The notes beneath the pieces are model-generated. The model was not told the DNA's origin. It ran no database searches and worked only from the letters and a program-made list of their open reading frames with translations. A stretch of 64,000 nt of DNA from Epithemia pelagica (taxonomy: Eukaryota > Protista > Bacillariophyta): assembly GCA_946965045.2 (NCBI GenBank), contig OX337233.1, positions 1,922,001 through 1,986,000 of the forward strand, given 5' to 3'. Positions 35,512-44,675 of the stretch are shown here, in pieces. A program made the translations under genes and the position numbers. The number at the start of each line of letters is the position of its first letter. Positions within the stretch are counted from its first letter, which is position 1.

Positions 35512-38500
35512 CTATCGTAGCGACCCCAGACCCAACTCTCCATCAACATCAAAATCCTCTTCTACGATCATCAGATCATCATCTTCATCCTCTTCCTCTT
35601 CACTTGTGTCTTCGTCGTCTGTCTGTTCCTGGTTGCTCTCCTTCGCGTCGTCGTCCTCGTCGTCGTCGAATTGCATATTGGATTCTTTCATAATCTCCAT
35701 AATCTTCTCATCCAATTCTTCCAATATCGCTGTGCGATCGTCCATGTAAATATCTGTACAGTCTTTCATTTCTTGTCGAAAGAAGTTCAATTTCTGGATT
35801 AATTCTTTCCGTTCTTCATAGGTCTTTGCTTTTATTGCAGTCTTCTCACTGTCTCGTAAGGGTGCCAAGGTCCACTCCAATTGGGTCAACAAGCCTGGTC
35901 CATACTTGGCCTCGTGTTCATCCGCCATTCGGGGGTAGCCCATTTCTCGCAAGACATGGGCGTTGTCACGTCGACCCTGTTCATACCAATAATCCTTGAC
36001 ATAGTCCCAATTGTGCCACTCGCGCCACCAAAGTTTGGGATCCCCACCGGTATCATAAAAGGGACCGTCGGCAAGGATTTGTTCGTGAATTGCCAAAGGA
36101 ATGTCACGAATGGCATAGTCGGGGTGTCCCATGCCCGTCAATCGCAACATCTCATTGTCCATTTCGATTTCGTCGTCGGGGTCTAACGGCAAGGCCAGGG
36201 TAGGAAACCAAACGAAATCAATCATGCGAAGCAAACTAACCTTTTCGGGATGATAGGCTTCCAAGAAATTTTGCAATTCCCGAATCCTCTTCACAGCTTG
36301 ACCGATTTCGTATCCAGCCAAGGCCTTTGGCCATGGATCCTCATCGGGCATGACAAAATTTTCATAGACAAACATGTCTCCTCTCACCAAGTAATAGGCG
36401 TACATGGCACACATGGCCTTTTCAAAGGGAACATCAATAAAATACCTTTCGTCGCCCCAATCGAAACCCAACGCATCGAGTTTGGCCTTGCGTTCTTCTA
36501 AATGTCGAATTTCCAAACTTCCATCCTGAATGCGTCGTGCGATATGTCCTAATTGCATCCCCGCCAAGTGCTCGGGCCATTCATGTTTCTCTGGTCGCGA
36601 AGAACTTTCTGTCATAGACGCCATGGTCGTGACAAGGTTTGACGATGATTCCAAATCACTATCAAGGTCTGACAGTTCAGAAGGATCCAATCGGGTACCA
36701 GAGGGGTCCGGGTTTTGTTGCAATCTTTGAATCTCGGCCGCAATCAAGTCTTGACTTTGATCAAACTCTCCGGCTTCTTCAAATTGGGCAATGGCTTGTG
36801 CGGCACGAGCCGAAGCATCCGGATCAAAGGCTGACGCCGGAGATGCCAAGCCCGATCGTAAGAACGTATCGTCCCCATCCATGCCATATTCATCCAGAAA
36901 TCCGGTACGGAGAGACATGGACGGTGGGGGAATGACAAAGTCAAAGTTCATGGTAAGATTGGCAAAGTTACCATAAAAAGATTGATACAAGGTGAGCGCT
37001 TCCAAGACGTCGTCAAAGACGAAGTCGTCACCAAAATCATCATTGAACCATGGAACTTCTTTTTCGCGTTTGCCTTTAATGACACGGCCCTTTCCCTCTT
37101 CAATAATACCCACTTCTTGAGCCCGAACTCGGGCCTCAGACAAGGATTCTGCCAAGGTACGGGGAGGGGCATAAGTTCCCTCATCCAGATTCTGCCGTTG
37201 CTCCATTTGCTTTTGTTGCAACCGTGCCAATTCCTGTAAGTCACCGCCTCCCTCAAATCCCCAGGTAATGGGAGCTTGTCGATCCTTGTTTATGCTTGAT
37301 AGGGCCCCTTGTGTACTGGACCGGGCTCCTGTGCCATCCTTCTCAAGAAAATCAAAGGACTTATCAAAGAGAGACGACAATTCATCATCTTCATCATCGT
37401 CTTCACCTCCCAATCCTCCAAACATTGCATCATCGGCGGAACCAGCCATTTTCATTCTCATGGCATCTTGAGGAGAGTAGGGATCCAACATTTGGTCACT
37501 CAGAGTCGATTTGTTGGTACTGCCGCTTGGTCGACCGGCTCGTCGTTGCTCGGTTCGGGGTGGATTCCAAACAAAACCCAAATCATCCAACAATTGCCGT
37601 CGTTCGGGGTGTTTGTTAACAAAAGTACCCTGCGATCGAATGGCATTGACACGGGCCCCCAATCGAAAGCCCCACAAATCAGGTTGATCCGTCCACGATT
37701 CGGGTACGATAAAAGGTTGAGGCACCAGCAGGTCACCATATACTTGCTTGTATGTGGACAAGGCTCGGTATACCTTTTCAAACCGAACGTCATTCGCCGA
37801 GGGAACTCCACCGTCATCAGTCATCATCACGGACGGAAACGACGAGGGAATCACCGTTTCCTCCTTTGGTGTGCTTTTGGTTCCTTCAGCTGCTTGGATT
37901 GGATCTTGATTGAGTAATGACTCTGACGAGATATCCGTCGGTTCTGGTGTCTCGGCCATTGACGGCGTACTGCTCGTACTGCTGGTTTCGGTGGTCGGTG
38001 CTTGTAGTAAGGCGATGAATTTACGTCGCCATTCTGGTGGAGATTGCAACAAGAGTTCCGCTCCGTTGGTCAAGAGAGCATCCATTTCCTGACCCAGGGG
38101 TAGGCCCTGAACCGTTGTCGGCCATTCCGGTGAAGTCGATGGAACCACAAAATCCAAGGGAACTGTCGTTCGACCATTATACAATTCGGCATAGTTCGAC
38201 AAGGCGGTATAAATTCGTGAGACTCGACGTGTCAATGCATCGCCGTCGTTTTCGGCATCTTCTTTCATAGTCTGCTGGTCAGAAGCGGCGACTCCCATGC
38301 TGCTGGCAGCTTGCTTGACCTCCACTGCTCGTTTGGAAGTCGCTGTGGTACCCTTGACTGTTACCGTCTTGGCTGCCTTTTTCTTTTTGGCTTTGACCGA
38401 GACCACTACCGTTTTGGTGGTCGACGCTGCCTTTTTCTTCTTCTTGCTTTTACTTGCAGTGCTGCTGGTTTGCCAGACAAATCCGGCTTGCTGCAACCAC

Positions 38501-39075
38501 GCTTGCCGAGCCGGTTGGTTGGCAATGTATTTGCCTGTAGTCCGAATGGCCTGAACGACCAGTCCCAGTCGCATCCCCCAGGCTGACTTAGGCCAGGGCT
38601 GGAGATTGGGTACCACAAATCGTTGTGGAACTTGCAAATTGCCATAGGCAGCCTTGTAAATGGTCAAGGCCGAGACAATGGCCTTCCATTCTCCCGCATC
38701 CGTACTCGTGCCGGCTTTCTTCTTGGTGCCATCATTGGAGGGGGACGACCACAACCGTGTTGTTGTTGTCGTCGTTGGTCGCCGCACATGTCTCAAAATG
38801 GAGCTAGACTTTCTGCGGTGGTGATTCGAAGAAACGGAAGAAGAAGACGAGGGAAAAAAGGATAATTGCGGCAAGGGCCGTTGCTGTGATTGTCGCCTCA
38901 CAGGATTGTTTTGCAAATAAGGCAAAGACTCAAAGGCTAGGCATCCCACTGATGACCCTGATGGAGAGCCTTCCATCAACCACCCCAGTAGAGCTAGTCC
39001 ACCGAGAAGGACCCATGAATGATGATACTGCCATTGTCTGTTTGGTGTTCCTTGCCGTCTTCGAGACCAGTCCAT
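35512..39075 (-). CDS. Plastid-targeted protein with about five helicase-associated (HA) domain repeats
   Basis: Signal peptide ending GCLA|F followed by an S/T/R-rich transit peptide. Five repeats of the form ALxxYKxxYGxLxVPxxFxVP...WP...GxxLG. Likely ATG is 39075; the ORF track extends to 39297. Confidence 0.8.
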   Translation of the reverse strand: MDWSRRRQGTPNRQWQYHHSWVLLGGLALLGWLMEGSPSGSSVGCLAFESLPYLQNNPVRRQSQQRPLPQLSFFPSSSSSVSSNHHRRKSSSILRHVRRPTTTTTTRLWSSPSNDGTKKKAGTSTDAGEWKAIVSALTIYKAAYGNLQVPQRFVVPNLQPWPKSAWGMRLGLVVQAIRTTGKYIANQPARQAWLQQAGFVWQTSSTASKSKKKKKAASTTKTVVVSVKAKKKKAAKTVTVKGTTATSKRAVEVKQAASSMGVAASDQQTMKEDAENDGDALTRRVSRIYTALSNYAELYNGRTTVPLDFVVPSTSPEWPTTVQGLPLGQEMDALLTNGAELLLQSPPEWRRKFIALLQAPTTETSSTSSTPSMAETPEPTDISSESLLNQDPIQAAEGTKSTPKEETVIPSSFPSVMMTDDGGVPSANDVRFEKVYRALSTYKQVYGDLLVPQPFIVPESWTDQPDLWGFRLGARVNAIRSQGTFVNKHPERRQLLDDLGFVWNPPRTEQRRAGRPSGSTNKSTLSDQMLDPYSPQDAMRMKMAGSADDAMFGGLGGEDDDEDDELSSLFDKSFDFLEKDGTGARSSTQGALSSINKDRQAPITWGFEGGGDLQELARLQQKQMEQRQNLDEGTYAPPRTLAESLSEARVRAQEVGIIEEGKGRVIKGKREKEVPWFNDDFGDDFVFDDVLEALTLYQSFYGNFANLTMNFDFVIPPPSMSLRTGFLDEYGMDGDDTFLRSGLASPASAFDPDASARAAQAIAQFEEAGEFDQSQDLIAAEIQRLQQNPDPSGTRLDPSELSDLDSDLESSSNLVTTMASMTESSSRPEKHEWPEHLAGMQLGHIARRIQDGSLEIRHLEERKAKLDALGFDWGDERYFIDVPFEKAMCAMYAYYLVRGDMFVYENFVMPDEDPWPKALAGYEIGQAVKRIRELQNFLEAYHPEKVSLLRMIDFVWFPTLALPLDPDDEIEMDNEMLRLTGMGHPDYAIRDIPLAIHEQILADGPFYDTGGDPKLWWREWHNWDYVKDYWYEQGRRDNAHVLREMGYPRMADEHEAKYGPGLLTQLEWTLAPLRDSEKTAIKAKTYEERKELIQKLNFFRQEMKDCTDIYMDDRTAILEELDEKIMEIMKESNMQFDDDEDDDAKESNQEQTDDEDTSEEEEDEDDDLMIVEEDFDVDGELGLGSLR

Positions 39076-39847
39076 ACTTCGACAAGAATTTGATAAGGGA
39101 AAACCATAGATGCGGATCGTTTCCTCTTGTGGTGATGGTGGTAGATCGGATAGCTTTGCCACATGAGCAGATTGTTGTCGAGAGTGACTTATGAGTATTC
39201 GTTTGGTACTGGAAGAGGAGGAAGTGTTCGAAATAACCCTGGAAGATCCTCTTTCCTTTCGCTTTTCGTTCTCCTTGCAAGTAGTCAGGTTGCCCATTTT
39301 TCTGGCTTCGGGTTTGAGCTCTATCTTGGAAGAAACGCGTGCTGTCGCTTAAAAGCACATTGAGCTGGAATAGACACACGTTCTCGGTTTTCTTCTCGAT
39401 CTCTGCCGTTCTGTTGAGGGAGGTCAATCGCACCGAGATTCAATTGTGATAGCAAGCGAGATTTGCTTTTCTGTTGTTCTCTTTTCGATGGCTTTTGGAT
39501 TGCTGAGAGAGAGAGAGATGTGATGTGTCGCTGTGATGGGTTGGATGGAGCCGGTCTATCATGCAGTGTCTTTTTCTGCATCTCTCTTTTTGTGCGGTCA
39601 TGTAGCCTGGTCCTCCCGTCGTCCGTGCACCGAAGATGTGTTCTCGTCCAATGAACGGAAGTACGGGTGACGCAAAGACGCTCGGAAGGCTACTTGTATG
39701 TCAACTACACCTAGCTAGGAGTAGCAGCAAGTATTGTAGGAGTCGTAGCAGCTTCTACAATGAATTGAATCGCCTATTGTAAGGCGAAGGACGGCTGAGT
39801 TCAGTATTCAGTATTCAGTAGTTACTCCTAGCTCTGACCCGCCGTGA

Positions 39848-40347
39848 GAGCATGCGCAGCCGTTGGAATAGAATAGGAACAAATCGGCAAATCTGTGCTA
39901 TTCCATGAAAATGGCTCTGCAGCGCGGGGAACAAACCTGGAACAAATTTAAATCTGAGTTATTCTTCCTTGTTTTTGGCACAGATACCACGAATCTGCGC
40001 CCTGTTTTCTCTAGCAGAAAGTTGGAGCATACGAGTCTTGGAACATGAGTCACAAGACATGCTATCCATATGTACAATCTGAATCTACATTATTATAATA
40101 CCAATGCACGCGCGTCAGCAACGTGACAGGATGACGGGCGTGACTTCAAACCGCTACACGCAAGCCAATGTCGCGGGCGCGCCAAAACTTCTATTTTTTT
40201 GTTCCATTTTTGCTTCATTTTTGTTTTTTACGGCTGCACAGATTTGATCAAACGTACGAAAAACGACGCAAGACGTCCATTATGGGAATAAGACTGCGTG
40301 AGTCACGCACATTTGTTCTAATTTTGTTCCAACGGCTGCGCATGCTC
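39848..40347. mobile_element. PIF/Harbinger-type MITE (500 bp)
   Basis: TIR GAGCATGCGCAGCCGTTGGAA (21 bp perfect, ~37 bp imperfect); 3-bp TSD TGA at 39845-39847 and 40348-40350. An empty-site copy lies at ~40366-40386. Confidence 0.9.
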
Positions 40348-40513
40348 TGACCGTGTTACTTGTAGAGCTCTGACCCGCCGTGACCGTAACTTGTCGACGC
40401 GAGCTGATCGGTGCGCATGCGACATGAAGCAACATAGCGTAGGTAGTCCCAGCCCCCTCTAGGAGCAGTAGCTTAGGTGAGATAGGTGTATCTCCATTCA
40501 CACCAAGAAGGGA

Positions 40514-40971
40514 TGGAACGGCTAAGTTCAATGATAACGCAACACCTCAAAACGCAATGCCATTACTGATTACTGATTACTGGCTCGTCGGGCGCAAGCG
40601 CCCGATTCGACCCTTTGTCTCCAAGTTGCAAGGGGAACGGCTAATAAGATCAATGATAACGCAACACCTCAAAACGCAATGCCATTACGGATTACTGATT
40701 ACTGGCTCGTCGGGCGCAAGCGCCCTCTTCGCCCGATTCGACCCTTTGTCTCCAAGTTGCAAGGGGAACGGCTAATAAGATCAATGATAACGCAACACCT
40801 CAAAACGCAATGCCATTACGGATTACTGATTACTGGCTCGTCGGGCGCAAGCGCCCTCTTCGCCCGATTCGACCCTTTGTCTCCAAGTTGCAAGGTGAAC
40901 GGCTAATAAGATCAATGATAACGCAACACCTCAAAACGCAATGCCATTACGGATTACTGATTACTGGCTCG
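40514..40971 (+). repeat. Tandem array of a 131-bp unit (first unit 122 bp); the last unit continues at 42805-42858 and 44007-44014
   Basis: The repeated ORF starts at 40557, 40679, 40810 and 40941 show the periodicity. Each unit contains ATTAC(T/G)G repeats and a GGGCGC-AA-GCGCCC hairpin. Confidence 0.97.
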
Positions 40972-42804
40972 CCACATCTCAAGTCTCCCCACGACCACCG
41001 TCAACATCTGTTCCTGTTCATGTTGCTCAGTCCGGACCGGCCCTTGTCTTGTCACCATGTCGCCCCCAACTCATTCCGCAGAGTCCGCCTCCTCCACAAA
41101 GCTTCTCCGCTTACGTACAAACTCTGAAACAATGGGATCAGCATCTTCTCGCCAAAGTAGACCTCATCCAAACCGTGGACGAAATACAACAATACTTTCA
41201 GTCCTCGACAGTTCGTCTTTTTCTCTGCAGTGATGGCTCTGCCGCTTTGTTCAAAGGAAAATTTGGTTGTATCTGCAGTACTGATACTGGACAACGGCTT
41301 TTCAAACTACATGGACCTGCACTAGGATTCCGCACCTCGTCATTTTGCTCTGAAAGCTACGGAATGCTTGCTCTCTTCCGGACCGTGCTACATCTTACTA
41401 CCCATTACCGACTGAGTTCCCCCCCCCCCCCCCCCCCCCATTGCATTTTCTACACCGACTCTCAGAGTTTGATCAAGACAGTGGAGAAACGATTAGAGTG
41501 GACATACGACTTCCCGTATTCTACCATAGAAGCTGATTGGGATATCCAACAATCGATTACTACTTCCTTACAGCAATTTCCTGAGATTCCACAATTTCTC
41601 CACGTCAGAGGACACCAAGACCGTTTTCGTGCATACTCTACGTTACCTCTTACCGCTCAGCTGAATGTCGACGCAGACCGCCTGGCCAATTTGTACGACT
41701 ATCCTCCTGATATTTCTCCGATCCGAGTTCCGTTGATTACTGGTTGTTGCGCTTTACTTCACACCCCTCAAGGTACAGTCAATTCCAATTATCGGACGAC
41801 CTTGTGCTATTTAGCAACTTGGCAACCGTTGCGACACTATCTTTGCAATAAGCATGACTGGGATATTGATACTTTCTAGTCTGTGGATTGGACTTCTCAC
41901 GGCCGTGCTCTCCGAGCTTCTTTCCATCGCCGCCAATTTCATAGCAAGTTTCTTCATGACTGGCTCCCCCTCGGCTACCTACGATCCCGTTACGCTGTGT
42001 ACTACTCTGACTCGTGCCCGCTATGTACTCCACCTGTTATCGAGACGCGTACCCACTTTCTCCGCTGCCCACATCGCCCTTGGAAAGGTCCCCTCTTCGA
42101 CGATCTTGACAAATTTTGGCGCCTCCAATATCTCGACCCCTTCCTCCAATTATTGTAGGTGGAAATTTTACAGTCATGGCTCGGCAATGTCTCACCGACG
42201 TTTCCTACTCTTTCCCCATCATACCAACTTCTGATTACTCAACAACGTCGAATCGGATTAGATCAACTTTTCTTTGGACGCTTTTCTACTCAATGGCAAG
42301 TTCTTCAAGACTCATATCTCTCTTCAACAAACCAGAAATCTCGTTCGGTATCGGGCTCCCACTTTGTCACTGGTTCTATAGAGGTTCTATGGACACATGT
42401 CCACGCCCTTTGGCTCAAGCGGAACCATAATCTACACGGCGATACCCCACAAACTATCGAAGCTGCGTCCTACGCTCAAGCCCAACCCGAAGTTATTGCT
42501 CTTTACGAGTACCGCCACCAACTTCCCCCCTCTGACCGTGACATCTTTTATTCCTCTACCACCGCCCATTTCGAGGCGGAAACGACTGCATTCTCACTCC
42601 GCTCTTGGATCAACACCTGGCGTCCTGTTATTCTCAGGACTGCTCCACTCTCTTAACCGACTTTCTTCTTTTCACCCACCAGTACTCCCATTTCCATTCC
42701 TTGTTTAGTCCTTGCTTCACATTCTGTGTGGAGCCGGGCGCATCGGTCGACGTTACCCTAGCGGGTGCGCGCGGCAGCGTTAAAATAGATTGTGTCTTTT
42801 TTTT
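40972..42804 (+). mobile_element. 5'-truncated RNase H-bearing non-LTR retrotransposon (Ambal-like)
   Basis: RNase H motifs LCSDGS, SESYG, YTDSQ, HVRGHQD, NVDADRLA; zinc finger CPLC...ETRTHFLRC; IG.DQLFFGR and LWLKRN. One frame with two TAG stops (41877, 42156). TSD TTACTGGCTCG at 40961-40971 and 42805-42815; T10 tail. Confidence 0.9.
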
Positions 42805-42858
42805 TTACTGGCTCGTCGGGCGCAAGCGCCCTCCTCGCCCGATTCGACCCTTTGTCTC

Positions 42859-44006
42859 ATTCGCCATTAGAGGTCCGCAGAAACAAGGACAGCAGACAGA
42901 CTAAACCTTAACTCCACTGTGTGAAGTCTACCACCCGTCTCACCTGCCACGCGTCTAAGTAATCCTTCCATTGGAAGGGCCGGCGTCAAAATGACAGTTG
43001 GTGGTTGGCGTCACGATTCAAATTTCGGATGCTCTCATCTCGTCACAAAAAATCTTGACATCGAACCATGAAACATGAACCATGAAGCGAACGAATCGAA
43101 GCGACCTGATGCAGCCTTCTGGCGGGTTTCTTTCTAACACGCTGTTTGTTAGAAGTAGCTTGCGTCCTTCCCATATAGGATAAATATGATCACTTGTTAT
43201 CCATTTAATCCCTCCCATTGTCCCTGTTGATGGTTGGTCTTTCAACTTTGTCTCGCTCAAGTAAAGGACAGTGGTAATCCGTCACAACTCTTTTTTGCTA
43301 TATTTTTAGAGATGGTTGATTGCTTGTTGGCCACTTTCTTCTCTTCTGTAGCACTCTCTTCATTTTGTTAGTCTCATTCATTGTTCCTGTCGACGACTGA
43401 ATGCCTACTTGGTTGTGTCGGATACACAAACACCGTACAAATAAGCCGTCCTTCATCTTGCCATTACTCCAACTATTCAATATTATCAAGATCAGTCTAG
43501 TCCAAGTCTCTATGGATGACAGAGTTGACAGGATTTGCTCAGAGCCATGGTTTGGGTGTATTTTCGAGGGTGTTGCTGAGGGTCATGGTTGTTGAATGGG
43601 GACATAAGCTGCAACGAAGCAAGAAATGCTCTGGAAGATTAAAAGGTCCACTATTATCCTGCATGGGAAAGAAACAAGCTAGTCCTAACAAGCGGCATGC
43701 TAGAAAGAAACTCAAAAGAATACTGCTTCAGGTGTCAGGTGTCAGGTCGCGACGATTCGTTTGCTTCATGTTTCAATGTTCGATGTCAAGATTTTTTGTG
43801 ACGAGATACGAGATGAGAGATGAGAGCATCCCAAATTTCAAATTTGAATCGTGACGCCAACCACCAACTGTCATTTCGACGCCGGCCCTTCCAATGGAAG
43901 GATTACTTAGAAGCGTGGCAGGTGAGACGGGCGGTAGACTTCACACAGTAGAGTTAAGGTTTAGTCTGTCTGCTGTCCTTGTTTCTGCGGACCTCTAATG
44001 GCGAAT
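42859..44006. mobile_element. Long-TIR (fold-back) element C, 1148 bp, termini ATTCGCCATTA, no TSD
   Basis: 42859-43109 and 43742-44006 are inverted repeats of ~250 bp. Flanks GTCTC | TTGCAAGG, versus GTCTC-CAAG-TTGCAAGG in the intact array units. Confidence 0.93.
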
Positions 44007-44675
44007 TTGCAAGGCGACGAGTACCGTTACGACTGCCGTCCTCTTTTCTTGATACGAGTACACCATCATTCGACTGCTTGTAAAAGTCATTTGTTGTTGG
44101 TTGGGAAAATCAGGATATTTGTATATTACAATAGATATATTTTTGAATTGTACAGTTAATCGACTTATGACCCTGCGCGATTTACAGTGAACAAAATGAC
44201 CCGAAGACATCATAAAATATGCACCTCTGTATATTCTGATATGTTATTTCTATCATCACTAACGTTCAAATCCCTGTTCAAATTGTCATTGTACTTCCCG
44301 ATCCATTGTCAGATGACTATGTCCGTTTTGCAGTCATTGTTGAAATTTCCACCCCAGACCCCATCTAAACGATCTACCCGACATCGTTCATACTGAACTC
44401 AGTCGAACATCTTTTCACGGAGGAAGGAGTAGATCTTGAAGTTTCGAGTATCGACAGCGATTATCTCATGAATTCGTCTATTCTATTCATATAGGCGCTG
44501 TTGCGGGCAGGAGATGTCCACAAAAACTTCACACCGTCTACAAAGATAGATCCGAGTATTGGTACCTTGTATGGAACCCATCGCGTTGCCACCTTATGAT
44601 CAACCAATATATAACGAAGGACGTGTTCTGGCTCTTTTCCTCCTCTGACCTATACCGAATCTCGACGATTTTCGC

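Noticed and set aside
40557-40906. Repeated short ORFs MPLRITDYWLVGRKR as peptide genes
   Set aside because: They are a by-product of the non-3n 131-bp periodicity, with no coding signature.
40514-40971. Tandem array as CRISPR, 5S rRNA, snRNA or snoRNA cluster
   Set aside because: No unique spacers. Only fleeting similarity to U2 (GGCTAAGATCAA) and to C/D boxes spaced too closely; no recognisable 5S or tRNA structure.
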